36,347 bases of DNA from Desulfobacterales bacterium. Its GTDB lineage: Bacteria; Desulfobacterota; Desulfobacteria; Desulfobacterales; UBA2245. The notes beneath the pieces are model-generated. The model was given only the letters and a program-made list of their open reading frames with translations. It was not told the origin of the DNA and did no database searches. Below are positions 1 to 9,836 of the stretch, one piece after another; position 1 is the first letter of the stretch, and the number at the start of each line of letters is the position of its first letter. The translations under genes and the position numbers were made by a program. Where the stretch lies: contig JAXGZF010000011.1 in NCBI GenBank assembly GCA_040771865.1, positions 62,001 through 98,347 on the forward strand, given 5' to 3'.

Positions 1-474
1 AGCCAGAGCATCCGCCGTTTGCAAGGCTGAAAAAGGATCGGGTTTGGGAGGAATGCCGGGCTGTATCCCTCGAATTGATTCGAACCTGAAGTCGGGGAAA
101 AACCGACGCACCATCAACTCCGTAAAATCTTGGAGCTTGTTTGACAATACCGCCAGCTTGACGCCCTCGCGCTCAAGGGAGGAAAGAAGCTCGGGTATTC
201 CGGCATAAGGACGGCTGTGTGCAAACCAGCAGCCGGCATAGTGACGCCTCATTCCGGCCGCGCACTCCCTCGCGGCATCAAGGTCTCTTCGGTCGGAGGG
301 AAGCGCGCGCAGGGCAAGCATTTCTATTCCGTCTCCAATCATATTCCGGTAAACGAGCGGATCGTGCGACGTAAAACCGCGTTCTTCGAGCGCGGCGTTC
401 ATTGCGTCGGCAATATCCTGAAGAGAATCAACCAGCGTTCCATCCAGATCAAAAATTGCTGCGTGAAATCGCAT
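1..474 (-). CDS. HAD-family hydrolase, phosphoglycolate phosphatase-like (3' end runs off the window)
   Basis: Not in the ORF track; manual translation from ATG at 474 gives MRFHAAIFDLDGTLVDS (HAD motif I), LAVLSNK (motif II) and KPDP (motif III), open to base 1. Confidence 0.88.
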   Translation of the reverse strand, partial: MRFHAAIFDLDGTLVDSLQDIADAMNAALEERGFTSHDPLVYRNMIGDGIEMLALRALPSDRRDLDAARECAAGMRRHYAGCWFAHSRPYAGIPELLSSLEREGVKLAVLSNKLQDFTELMVRRFFPDFRFESIRGIQPGIPPKPDPFSALQTADALA

Positions 475-511
475 ATTCTCCCCTTTGAATATCAATGAGC
501 CGCATCATGAT

Positions 512-757
512 TCACCCGTTCCGTCCGGCGCACTTTGAGCCGGATTCTTCGAAGAATTCAAACAAATCCGGCTGCCAGTATTTCAGGTATGCTGGACATC
601 GGTTTCTTTGCCGGCAGTTGACTCGGCATGCCCGGGGATTCTTCCGGGTCAGTCCGTTCTTCTTGGGGCACCAGATATAGGGGCATTCTTTGCGGGTCAT
701 GTCTTTCGCACTGCAATTTCGGTCCTGCGTTTCATTTTTTTCAATGTATCGCCGCAT
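512..757 (-). CDS. Small Cys-rich hypothetical protein
   Basis: 81-aa ORF co-oriented just upstream of the HAD gene with spaced Cys (CPYIWC...CRVNC...RCPAY). True start may be the internal Met (MTRKEC). Confidence 0.45.
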   Translation of the reverse strand: MRRYIEKNETQDRNCSAKDMTRKECPYIWCPKKNGLTRKNPRACRVNCRQRNRCPAYLKYWQPDLFEFFEESGSKCAGRNG

Positions 758-1046
758 GCGCTAAATGTAAATGACCAATTGGCGGCTCTACATTAGAGAT
801 TGGCGGAACAGGGTTGATGCACGGTGATCGGAACTCAGACGATTCCATGGGATACCTGAAGGCGATTGAGAATCGATTTGCTGGAACAGCGTTGACGGAA
901 GCTTTGTTGAAAGCTTTGAGTCACCGTCCAGCAGTCTGTTCAAGAAACTCAGTTATCCTGAGGAATATCAGCCACAAATGCGCTATTACTATTCAGATCA
1001 TAATTATTTAGGCATTATTCCTTAGTTGCGTGCTATATAGTCATTT

Positions 1047-1385
1047 ATGAAAACACAGGATGGAAGAAAGCTCAGCCCAAAGACCATGGAAGAAATCCGC
1101 ATCCGAGCCGTTCAGCGGGTTCAAGACGGGGAAAGCCCCGAAAAAGTCATCAAAACCCTGGGTTTTGCGCGAGCCTGCATTTACAACTGGCTTGCCCGTT
1201 ACCGGGCCAGGGGATGGCGCGGGTTGAGAACCGGCATTCGAACGGGCCGACCGCAAAAGCTCAGCGGAAGCCAATTGACCTTGATTTACCGGACGGTGGT
1301 TGACAACGATCCGCTTCAGATGAAGTTTTCCTTAGATCAAAAAGCGGACGAAACAAGTCGGTGCGACCCTCTATTTCCAAGATGA
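1047..1385 (+). mobile_element. IS630-family transposase, N-terminal HTH fragment (truncated)
   Basis: MKTQDGRKLS...RIRAVQRV..GES...IYNWLARYR.RGW.GL......GRPQKL is a typical IS630 N-terminus. Similarity ends near DPLQMKF and no DDE domain follows. Confidence 0.8.
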
Positions 1386-1505
1386 GAGCGGGATTCGTTC
1401 GATTGTCATGGCTTTTTTCAGGCGCCCTGATCGCTCCTGTACCCCGACTTGATTATGATTACCTTGATTTATGAACTTGGGTCCATTATTTCCACCCGCC
1501 TTTAA

Positions 1506-1648
1506 CAGGCTGTTGAAAAACTGCGTCTGAGGCCGCCATTCCGCGTTGCGCGGCTCTCGCCAATGCTCACATATGCTTGAATATGCTGCGCTTGTCGTAT
1601 CGCTGCGCGCCTTGCCTGACGGCCTGATTCTTGTTTTTCAACACCCTG
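1506..1648 (-). mobile_element. 143-bp MITE, family A, copy 1 (inverted relative to the others)
   Basis: TIRs CAGGCTGTTGAAAAAC / GTTTTTCAACACCCTG, flanked by TTAA on both sides. Confidence 0.9.
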
Positions 1649-1770
1649 TTAAGGATACCTTGAAAACACACAGGGTATGAAGTAAACTGGTTATTCAAGA
1701 GTTTCGCGTATTTCGAACTTCAGAACCGACGAGATATCATTTCCGACAAACCTGAACGATTGTCTATCAT

Positions 1771-2397
1771 ATGGGACTGATCCGACTTTTATTTGAGAAT
1801 CCGCTGGCGTTTGCATTAATCGCCGTTCCTCTGCTGTATTCCATTATCTTGCATGAACTGGCCCACGGGTGGGTTGCCTGGAAAATGGGAGACCCGACTG
1901 CAAAACGGATGGGCAGATTAAGCCTCAATCCCCTGAAACATCTCGATCCGATAGGAACCCTCATGCTTCTGGTTTTCGGCTTCGGATGGGCGAAACCGGT
2001 TCCCGTGAATTTTGCCAATATCACGCAAAGCCGCGGAGGGCTGATACTGGTCTCTTCGGCCGGAATCGTGGTCAACATGATAATGGCCTTTGCCGCGGTC
2101 TTTCTGCTTCAATTTTCATCCCTGTACTCAAACAAAGTCCTCTCGGTCATGCTGTACTACATGGCCCAGATCAACATAATTCTGGCGGCGTTCAACCTGA
2201 TTCCGATTCCGCCCCTGGACGGCTCTAAAATTCTGATGGGCTTTCTGTCCTTCCGGGCGCAGCAGGTGTTTTCACGGCTTGAACCTTACGGTTTTTTCAT
2301 CATTATCGCCCTGCTATACATCGGAGCGCTGAATCCGCTCATTGATTTTTTCCGCTGGATCATTCAATCCGTGATCCGGATACTTCTCTTTCAATAA
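1771..2397 (+). CDS. Site-2 protease family (M50) membrane zinc metalloprotease
   Basis: HELAH zinc motif, GDPT, GWAKPVPVN and FNLIPIPPLDG; hydrophobic. Confidence 0.93.
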   Translation: MGLIRLLFENPLAFALIAVPLLYSIILHELAHGWVAWKMGDPTAKRMGRLSLNPLKHLDPIGTLMLLVFGFGWAKPVPVNFANITQSRGGLILVSSAGIVVNMIMAFAAVFLLQFSSLYSNKVLSVMLYYMAQINIILAAFNLIPIPPLDGSKILMGFLSFRAQQVFSRLEPYGFFIIIALLYIGALNPLIDFFRWIIQSVIRILLFQ

Positions 2398-2525
2398 TCG
2401 GATCAGTCGCTGGTATTTCGTGCCAGCGGTCCGGTCAAAAGAAATGTAAAACAGGTTCGGCAGTGTAAAACAGCGTTTTGCAGAAATTTTTTCCTTGACG
2501 ACCCCAAAAAGGCACTTGAACAATT

Positions 2526-3437
2526 ATGGTGAAAACGAATCACAAAACCGTGTCTTTGGTTCTTGGAAGCGGCGGCGCTCGAGGTCTGGCGCATGTGGGC
2601 GTAATTCGTTGGCTTGAAGAGAATGATTTCGAAATAAGATCCATAGCCGGCACCTCCATCGGAGCGCTGGTGGGGGGCGCATATGCGGCCGGGAAGCTCG
2701 GTGAATATGAGCAATGGGCGCGTTCTCTGACGAAAGTCGACATGGTCACCCTGCTGGACCTTTCATGGGAAAAGAGCGGACTGGTCAGAGGCGACAAGCT
2801 CATCAACACCTTAATCAGTCTTGTGGGGGAACAACTGATCGAAGATCTCCCCATTTCATATACGGCTGTTGCTACGGATTTAAAGGGCCAGAAGGAAGTC
2901 TGGATAAAGTCCGGCTGTCTTTTTGATGCGATCAGGGCGTCCCTTTCAATACCCCTTCTTTTTAAGCCATTTAAATACAAGGGAGTCGATCTTGTTGATG
3001 GAGCGGTTTTGAATCCTGTTCCGATTGCGCCCACCTTCGGCGACGAAACCGATTTGACCATCGCCGTAAACCTGGGCGGACATGCGGAGAGTCCGGAACA
3101 GCGCAGTGCAATGAATTCTACTCCTGAACCTCCTTCCTCTTCGTTCCAGGAAAAAATCAGACGCTTTATAAACCACCTTCAGCAATCCGTGACAAGCAGC
3201 AACAGTCGAGATTGGGGACCGTACGATATCGCCATACAGGCATTTGAGGCCATGCAGAGCGCCATAGCACGCCAGAAGCTTGCCGCCTACCCGCCTGACA
3301 TTCTCATAGAAATCCCCAGGAATGCCTGTCGGGCACTGGAATTTGACCGGGCATCGGAGATGATTGCATTGGGTTACAGAAAGGCAAAAGAGCGCCTGTC
3401 TCAAGCTGTGATGCAGAAGTTGAACAATGAACGCTAA
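2526..3437 (+). CDS. Patatin-like phospholipase (NTE/RssA type)
   Basis: LVLGSGGARGLAH, GTSIG nucleophile elbow and DGA (DGG variant) followed by NPVP. Confidence 0.93.
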   Translation: MVKTNHKTVSLVLGSGGARGLAHVGVIRWLEENDFEIRSIAGTSIGALVGGAYAAGKLGEYEQWARSLTKVDMVTLLDLSWEKSGLVRGDKLINTLISLVGEQLIEDLPISYTAVATDLKGQKEVWIKSGCLFDAIRASLSIPLLFKPFKYKGVDLVDGAVLNPVPIAPTFGDETDLTIAVNLGGHAESPEQRSAMNSTPEPPSSSFQEKIRRFINHLQQSVTSSNSRDWGPYDIAIQAFEAMQSAIARQKLAAYPPDILIEIPRNACRALEFDRASEMIALGYRKAKERLSQAVMQKLNNER

Positions 3438-3664
3438 CGGCTGGGCGCCTTTCCTCTCTCAATGCGCGGCAAAAGGGCACGCTCTATATATTCCAACTGG
3501 ATCGGCAGAGACGACGATTTGATTAGTATAAATCGATCGCGGTCGGCGGTGGAGAGCAACGAATCTGTCTGGCGAAAGCACGGTTTGCTGAAAATGGAAG
3601 CGCTGCTGCCGCAGCTTACGGGTTAAAGAAGATATCAGTTTAAATTGACGCGCGGAATACTTAA

Positions 3665-3807
3665 CAGGGTGTTGAAAAACAAGAATCAGGCAGTCAGGCA
3701 AGGTGCGCGCCGATACAACAAGCGCAGCATATTCAAGCAGATGTGAGCATTGGCGAGAGGCGCGCAATGCTGAATGACGGCCTCAGACGCAGTTTTTCAA
3801 CAGCCTG
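3665..3807 (+). mobile_element. 143-bp MITE, family A, copy 2
   Basis: CAGGGTGTTGAAAAAC...GTTTTTCAACAGCCTG with TTAA duplication. Confidence 0.9.
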
Positions 3808-3922
3808 TTAAAGCAATTGACTGGCGCCTGACGGATTTTTGCGTACAACCCTGTGCGAAAGGTGCACGGAACAGCGAGGAACCGGACAGTTTTGATCGTC
3901 AGTGCCGGTGACGGTCCCGGGC

Positions 3923-4165
3923 CTAGCGGATCAAGTCGAGAAGGCTGGCGACCTTGTTGGGCGGGCTGCCTTCGGCCAGGCTGGCAAAATCCTCTTCGGA
4001 CAGGCTTCGACGCATCAGGGCCGCCACATCGAAACGTTCCCACCAGCAGTCAAGTATCCTAGGGCAAATCCGGCCGTCGGCCGCCTGCAAACGGCAGTAG
4101 CCAAAGCGCACCGGGCCGCCCAGGCGCGGACAGCGTCGCTCCAGATTGTCAGGAAAATCGTTCAT
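3923..4165 (-). CDS. Small Cys-containing hypothetical protein
   Basis: [12 protein letters not shown]...[14 protein letters not shown] pattern; start overlaps the trpB2-like stop (ATGA). Confidence 0.7.
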   Translation of the reverse strand: MNDFPDNLERRCPRLGGPVRFGYCRLQAADGRICPRILDCWWERFDVAALMRRSLSEEDFASLAEGSPPNKVASLLDLIR

Positions 4166-4800
4166 CGACTCTTCAGGTGGGCCGGCCGCGGATAGCCTTT
4201 CACCGCCCCCAATGCTTCAGCGAGCTGAGTCTCGCTCATGCCGACATCAGTCAGCTCCCCGGACAGATACCTGTCGTAAGCTCCCAGGTCGAGCAGGCCG
4301 TGGCCGCTGAAAGTGACCACGATGGTCTTTTCCTTCCCCTCTTCCCTGGCCTTGATTGCTTCTTCCATCACGCAGGCCAGAGCGCTGCCCCACTGGCCGG
4401 CGCCGGTCTCGGTGGTGATCCGCTCGATGCCGAAGACCTTGTTGTAGTAAGCCTGGGGCACGGCCGTGTTCGGTTTGTGGCTGCCCGGCGGGCTGACGGA
4501 TTCATTCTTGAAGTAAATGCGCGCCGGAGTTCCCAGGGCTTTTTCGAATCTGGACGCCCGGGTCAACGGACTGGGCCGCCAGATTCGCAGCGCATCCAGA
4601 ACCGGCTCGGGAATATCGATCCAGCGCTGAGTGGATACCTCCTGTTCGATGAGGTTCATCGGAAAGACCGGGGCCAGATCCTCGGGTTTGATCGGGTTAC
4701 TGTCCGGTCCCAGGGGTGGGTTGAGCTTGATGTCGGAAAGAATATTATACCGCTGTAGCGGCATCCTGTCTTGCGGCAGGATGATGTTCTTGGGCTCCAT
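4162..4800 (-). pseudogene. trpB2: TrpB2-type tryptophan synthase beta-like PLP enzyme with a large in-frame internal deletion
   Basis: [32 protein letters not shown] (PLP Lys) and [13 protein letters not shown] join directly to the C-terminal EEA..AREEG....[10 protein letters not shown]. Only 212 aa, against roughly 450 for the family. GGAGG RBS precedes ATG 4800. Confidence 0.85.
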
Positions 4801-4853
4801 GCGTCTTCCTCCTTGCGCAATCTTGCGTTGGTTTTGTAAAACCGTCCTCATCG

Positions 4854-4887
4854 AAAAAAAAGTCCACCGCTTGATTCAGCGGTGGAC
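4854..4887 (-). terminator. Intrinsic terminator in the trpB2 leader (attenuator terminator candidate)
   Basis: Minus strand reads GTCCACCGCT-GAATCA-AGCGGTGGAC followed by T8, about 55 bp upstream of the trpB2 start. Confidence 0.8.
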
Positions 4888-4918
4888 CGTCATGCCATCT
4901 GTGCTTTGTAACCCGACC

Positions 4919-5005
4919 TCAGGGCATAGCGTCACACGGCATCTGCCGCCAGTATAAGAAGGAGGCCACGGAAGTTGAACACCATGAACTGAGGAAACTA
5001 TTCAT
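4919..5005 (-). promoter_or_regulatory. Candidate attenuation leader peptide MNSFLSSWCSTSVASFLYWRQMPCDAMP
   Basis: Manually translated 28-aa ORF with two Trp codons (FLYWR) ending about 30 bp before the terminator. Confidence 0.5.
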
Positions 5006-5048
5006 GCTAAATGACTACCCAATCTATGACCCGGTTGTCAAGACAAAC

Positions 5049-5615
5049 TCACACCCGCGTCATGAACTTGCCTGTTTCGGTGTTGACCCGGATCACGGTG
5101 CCGCTTTCGATATACTCGGGCACCTGAACCACCACTCCGTTGGACAGAGTGGCCGGCTTGTTGCGGTTGGTGGCCGTGACGCCTTTGATGACCGGCGGTG
5201 TATCGACAATTTCCAGATCCACGGTCTGGGGCAGTTGAATGCACAGGGGATTGCCATCGAGCAGCAGGACGATGATTCCCTCCATTCCCTCGATGAGCCA
5301 GTCGGCGTCATCTCCCAAGGCTTCGGCGCTCAGGGTGTGCTGCTCGTAGGTGCCGCTGTCCATGAAGACGTACATGTTTCCGTCGCGGTACAGATAACTG
5401 GCCGGGTGCCGTTCGAGTTCCACGTCTTCTATATCGTCGTTGCCCTTGAAGACCTGGTCGAGCTTCTGGCCGCTGCGCACGTCGAGAAAGCGCACCTTGT
5501 AGAGGGTGGCCGAGCCGCGGGCCGACGGGGTCTGAACCTCAATGTGATGGGTTGTAAAGATCTGGTTTTTCAGGCGCACCACGTCGCCTTTTTTCAGGTT
5601 GCTTGCTTTGGGCAT
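5049..5615 (-). CDS. yeiP: Elongation factor P-like protein (EfpL/YeiP subfamily)
   Basis: MPKAS.LKKG, loop TPSARGSATLYK.RF (Arg rather than the PGKG Lys) and C-terminal KPATLSNG..VQVPEYI..G..IRVNT. Confidence 0.9.
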   Translation of the reverse strand: MPKASNLKKGDVVRLKNQIFTTHHIEVQTPSARGSATLYKVRFLDVRSGQKLDQVFKGNDDIEDVELERHPASYLYRDGNMYVFMDSGTYEQHTLSAEALGDDADWLIEGMEGIIVLLLDGNPLCIQLPQTVDLEIVDTPPVIKGVTATNRNKPATLSNGVVVQVPEYIESGTVIRVNTETGKFMTRV

Positions 5616-5889
5616 AACCGCTTGCTCCTTTGCGTATCAATTGAAAAGGATCGTTCGCGGAGCGCCTTCTGGCGGTCCAAAGATCCGGCCCTTTTTATCC
5701 GATTTTACGGTTTCTGGCAATCTTTAACATCGGTCGTTGACCTTCGCAATATCCGGCCTTCGGAAGCCCGGCATCGGACAGTGCGAAACAAATCACAGCG
5801 GGGAGGATCTTCAACCCATGACAGCGTTCAACCATATCTTCAGGCTTGTTCGTATTGGGAAAAAAACCGATAATGGTATGATGACATAG

Positions 5890-6032
5890 CAGGGTGTTGA
5901 AAAACAAGAATCAGGCAGTCAGGCAAGGCGCGCGGCGATGCGACAAGCGCAGCATATTCAAGCATATGTGAGCATTGGCGAGAGCCGCGCAACGCTGAAT
6001 GGCGGCCTCAGGCGCAGTTTTTCAACACCCTG
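5890..6032 (+). mobile_element. 143-bp MITE, family A, copy 3
   Basis: Same TIRs and body; ATAG duplicated on both sides. Confidence 0.9.
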
Positions 6033-6456
6033 ATAGAGAGTTTTTTATGAAAAAAGTGTCTGGGTTAAGGTGAGTTGAAGCGCTGAAGGAAGGAAATACG
6101 CATGAAAACCAGGTGGTTTACTGTTGGATGAGAACAAGACGGCGTATGATGTTGTAAAATAAAAGGAGAGGTATGTTCAAATGAGACCGGGGAAACGATT
6201 ATTTGCATGAACTGGACGGGTCGCTTTGCGTAAAGAGATATTTCAGGGTCACGGAGGATCGTACGAATCAATTTTCAGGCCAGCACAACTTAAAAAAATA
6301 CCCCGCTCAAAATCTATCGCGAATTTTGGAATCGGCCATTTTCCTTGACGAAACTGCAATTTTCTTTTATAAATCGCAAGGATTTTTGACATTCGAAGTT
6401 CTGAAATCAACCGCATACCAGAGCTGGATGCAACTTATTATTTCTTGATTGATGTA

Positions 6457-6601
6457 TGACGCTCTCGAACAGAGTAGAAATTGAGATTCCAAGGTAAAAA
6501 GTTCGAGGCGTCGCAAATCCCGAGAAGTCAAGCGTGCCTGGCAATATTCCGGTGAATGGAATTGCCGCGCAACTTGTAAATTGGGCTTTTGCTGAACCAT
6601 C
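6457..6601. repeat. Degenerate intergenic repeat, family B, copy 1
   Basis: Core AAAAGTTCGAGGCGTCGCAAATCCCGAG and right end GCCGCGCAAC...TGGGCTTTT...CCATC are shared with 11685-11860 and 15807-15953. Confidence 0.6.
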
Positions 6602-6693
6602 TGTTTTCGGCAATCAAGAGGCTGTTGGATCGACGTTCTTACATCGGCTTTTATTCAATGCGCCAACACCTTCTGTCATGAAGAGGTTGTATC

Positions 6694-8385
6694 ATGAATG
6701 CATCCGCCATGCTGGCAAAGCGGAAAGATGAATCCATTCAAACTGCCCGGGCGGTAAAGCAAATCATCAACTCCTTTTTGATTGTATTTAAAAACTATAC
6801 TTTGTATCCGGAATATCACACCATCTGTAAAACCTCACTAGAAAAGGCAAAACCTCCTTTATATTTGTTTTTCCAGAACAATTTTCACTTCCGTATCGAT
6901 GTTCAGAAAAATGCCCTGATATTCGATTCGCAGATCGTGTTCGAAAGCGGAGAAACTGAAGAAAATCTCGCATTTATCTTTTTCCGTGACGGCATCGAAT
7001 GGCTCGAATTTCAAAGGGGTTTGACCGAAGACGAGATCGATCGGTTTTTCAAGGTATTGTACCGCTATCGCATTCTGCGCGAAGAATCTGAAGGGGATCT
7101 GGTGACCGCGCTGTGGGCCGAGGATTTTTCTCATATCCGTTACGGTGTCAAGGAAGTCTTCTGGAATGCGGACAACCTCATCGACTTGGGCGAACTCAGG
7201 GCCGCAGATCCGGAGCAGGCTACACAAAACGCAACCCAGGCCGGTCTCGCTCAGATGCAGCCGCCCGCATCCATATCGGAATGGGCGGAATCCTTTCGAT
7301 TAACTCCTGAAGATAATGAGGCCATCAAGCAGATGATCATCGAGGATGAAACCCTCGACAGAACCCAGGATGTACTGGATATTCTGGGAATCATTCTCAT
7401 AAATCTTGAGAATTCAAAGGACTTCGAAGAGATTCTGAATTACCTGAGAGAAGAGTTCTTTGACACGCTTCAGCTCGGAGAGCTGGACTTCACGCTGAAA
7501 CTATTGAAAAACCTTCATTCCATCCGGCAAAAACTCAACCAGCACAAGCCCTGGACCGCCCCGCTTTTCCGAAATTTTTTCTCCGCCTTGTGCCGTGAGT
7601 CAACGCTCGCCGTTCTGCGTCATGTGTGGCCGACAATCGGGCCCGAGAATGCAGAAAAGCAAAAACTCGTTTTAGATATTCTCACACTGCTGCCATCCCG
7701 AGCAATTTCTGCGCTGATTCCCATGATGCTGGAATGCCATCCATTGCATATTCACGACCTGATGATGGATATCGTCGTCCATCTTGCCCGCAGGAACAGC
7801 AATCCCCTCAAAAAGTTGCTGACGAATTCGAATGAGGCCATTGTGGCCTTAAGTCTTAAAGTTCTTTCAATGCTGAATCAGCCTGAAAATGTCGATATAT
7901 TCCTGAATATGACGCGCCATGATTCGGAAAATATCAGAAAACAGGCCCTTACCCATCTGCTGGCCTGTGAAGGTAACTATCTAGACGTCTGCATCTCGCT
8001 GATCGATGATTCCAGCAATGCCGTCCGATGGCTGGCTTTAAAACATCTTGGTCAAACCCGCAATTCCCGTGCGGAAAAGCTGCTGACAACCTATCTTGAA
8101 AACAAAGATGCCCGGGAAGAAAATCGAAGTCATATTTTAGACTGTTACAGAACCCTGGGTCAATGCGGCGACGATGAATGCCTTGATTTTCTGAAAAAAA
8201 CACTTTTCCCTCGAAGCTGGGTCCAAAAGCTCGGCATCGGCAACACCATTCACCAGGAAGGAGCTTTGCACGCCTTGACCGCGTTGAACCCCGAAAAGTC
8301 CGGACCGATACTGTCAAAAGCCTCCAGAAGCCTTGTCCCATCGGTCAGAACTGCCTACAAAAAAGTCCTGGCAGGAGGGAGATAG
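6694..8385 (+). CDS. HEAT-repeat domain protein
   Basis: 563 aa with C-terminal HEAT-like units (HDSENIRKQAL, DDSSNAVRWLAL, LGQCGDDECLDFL). Confidence 0.8.
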   Translation: MNASAMLAKRKDESIQTARAVKQIINSFLIVFKNYTLYPEYHTICKTSLEKAKPPLYLFFQNNFHFRIDVQKNALIFDSQIVFESGETEENLAFIFFRDGIEWLEFQRGLTEDEIDRFFKVLYRYRILREESEGDLVTALWAEDFSHIRYGVKEVFWNADNLIDLGELRAADPEQATQNATQAGLAQMQPPASISEWAESFRLTPEDNEAIKQMIIEDETLDRTQDVLDILGIILINLENSKDFEEILNYLREEFFDTLQLGELDFTLKLLKNLHSIRQKLNQHKPWTAPLFRNFFSALCRESTLAVLRHVWPTIGPENAEKQKLVLDILTLLPSRAISALIPMMLECHPLHIHDLMMDIVVHLARRNSNPLKKLLTNSNEAIVALSLKVLSMLNQPENVDIFLNMTRHDSENIRKQALTHLLACEGNYLDVCISLIDDSSNAVRWLALKHLGQTRNSRAEKLLTTYLENKDAREENRSHILDCYRTLGQCGDDECLDFLKKTLFPRSWVQKLGIGNTIHQEGALHALTALNPEKSGPILSKASRSLVPSVRTAYKKVLAGGR

Positions 8386-8387
8386 TC

Positions 8388-9821
8388 ATGTCGGAAAGAA
8401 CTGACCGACCTGACAATCGCATCATTGAAACATTGATCCGGTCCTTTTTCAGCATGGTGCAAACCTCGCGAATTCACAGGGACAATAACCAGCTTGCCTT
8501 GAAATGCGCTCATAATTTTGTGGCGAGTTGCCAGGCCGCATTTCAGAACCAAGGAGAACTTCGCCTGCGCGTCGCAAACGACCGTCTGTATGTACAGGAA
8601 GAAAAACTCAGTTTTCAGCGCGCAACGGTGGCGCTGATCCAGAATATGATTGAGTATCTGGCAAAAAGAGGCCTCGGGGGATTCAATATCTCCGAGGCGA
8701 TCCGGCAATGCCCGCTGGAAGAAATTTTAAACGCAGCCCGACTGATCAATAATGCACAGGGCCATCAGGACCCATTTGAGTGGCTTGTCTTCGAACTCGA
8801 AGCCTGCGGCACCCATTGGATCACACCGCAGCCGCATTCAGAAGCCGACCTCAGCGAACCCGCCATGGAGCTCAAGGAGCGGGCGCTGAAAACCTACAGT
8901 TATGCTTTGACCTCGGTCAAAGATGTGGTCGAGAAAGTCGCCTCGCATAAGCACCCCGGAATCCGCCATGCCACCCGCCTGGCTCAGTCCATGGTGGATC
9001 TGATGATAGAAAACGAATCGGTTTTCATGGCGTTGAGCACCATACGCGACTATGACGACTATACATTTACCCATTCGGTAAATGTAGCCATATTGTCCAT
9101 GTGCCTTGCAAAACATATCGGTGTTCCCAAGCAGTCTCTCGAAAGGCTGTCCCTTTGCGGTCTGTTTCACGATCTGGGAAAAATCGATATTCCCAAGTCC
9201 ATTATCAACAAAGAGGGCAAGCTCACCGACGAGGAATTCAAACAGATTCAGATGCACTCCCTGCTAAGCGTTCAGCACATTGCCACCCTGCGGGCATCCA
9301 GAGAGCGGAAAGCCAGCATGCTGCTCCCGCCCTTCGAACATCATCTAAAATACGACCTTTCCGGATACCCACAGACCCACCGGAAAAATCCCATCAGCTT
9401 TTTCGGAAGAATCCTGACCATTTCAGATGTTTTTGACGCCATCACATCCCCGCGCATCTACCGGCCAACCGCCCTGAGTCCGGATCGTGCGCTGAAATTC
9501 ATGTACAAAGGAACGGGAAAGGATTTTGATCCCATCCTGCTTAAAGCGTTCATCGACATGATCGGCCTTATTCCGCTTGGAACCGTGTTAGAGCTGGATA
9601 CCGGTGAGCTGGCCGTGGTCATCAAAAACGGAAAACCCGCCCATCCGGATAGGCCCAGGGCTGTCATTCTGCATAAAGATGAAAATACCGGAGAGTTTTA
9701 TAAAGGCAAAACCATCAGCCTGGCGGACAAGGATTTAACCTCTGGAAAATACCTGAGAAATATCGTGAGCACCCATCACTGTTCCAATCTGAACATACAG
9801 CCGGTGGATTTCATGATATAA
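8388..9821 (+). CDS. HD-GYP domain phosphohydrolase (putative cyclic-dinucleotide phosphodiesterase)
   Basis: YTFTHSVNV, LFHDLGK, EHH..YDLSGYP and DVFDAITS.R.Y motifs. Confidence 0.9.
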   Translation: MSERTDRPDNRIIETLIRSFFSMVQTSRIHRDNNQLALKCAHNFVASCQAAFQNQGELRLRVANDRLYVQEEKLSFQRATVALIQNMIEYLAKRGLGGFNISEAIRQCPLEEILNAARLINNAQGHQDPFEWLVFELEACGTHWITPQPHSEADLSEPAMELKERALKTYSYALTSVKDVVEKVASHKHPGIRHATRLAQSMVDLMIENESVFMALSTIRDYDDYTFTHSVNVAILSMCLAKHIGVPKQSLERLSLCGLFHDLGKIDIPKSIINKEGKLTDEEFKQIQMHSLLSVQHIATLRASRERKASMLLPPFEHHLKYDLSGYPQTHRKNPISFFGRILTISDVFDAITSPRIYRPTALSPDRALKFMYKGTGKDFDPILLKAFIDMIGLIPLGTVLELDTGELAVVIKNGKPAHPDRPRAVILHKDENTGEFYKGKTISLADKDLTSGKYLRNIVSTHHCSNLNIQPVDFMI

Positions 9822-9836
9822 GATGCCTGAAACAAA

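Noticed and set aside
930..950. CAGTCTGTTCAAGAAAC resembling a MITE A terminus
   Set aside because: Short, several mismatches, and no partner end or body sequence.
3438..3660. Possible riboswitch or ncRNA after the patatin gene
   Set aside because: No recognisable conserved aptamer motifs by eye; an Rfam scan would be needed.
3459..3767. ORF-track 102-aa ORF (also 32306-32503 and 5695-5907)
   Set aside because: They are encoded by, or begin inside, MITE family A sequence and show no protein motif.
5004..5873. 289-aa plus-strand ORF
   Set aside because: Antisense shadow of the clearly recognisable EF-P-like gene.
6037..6450. Short ORFs in the AT-rich gap before the HEAT gene
   Set aside because: Overlapping short ORFs on both strands with no motif or convincing RBS/start combination.
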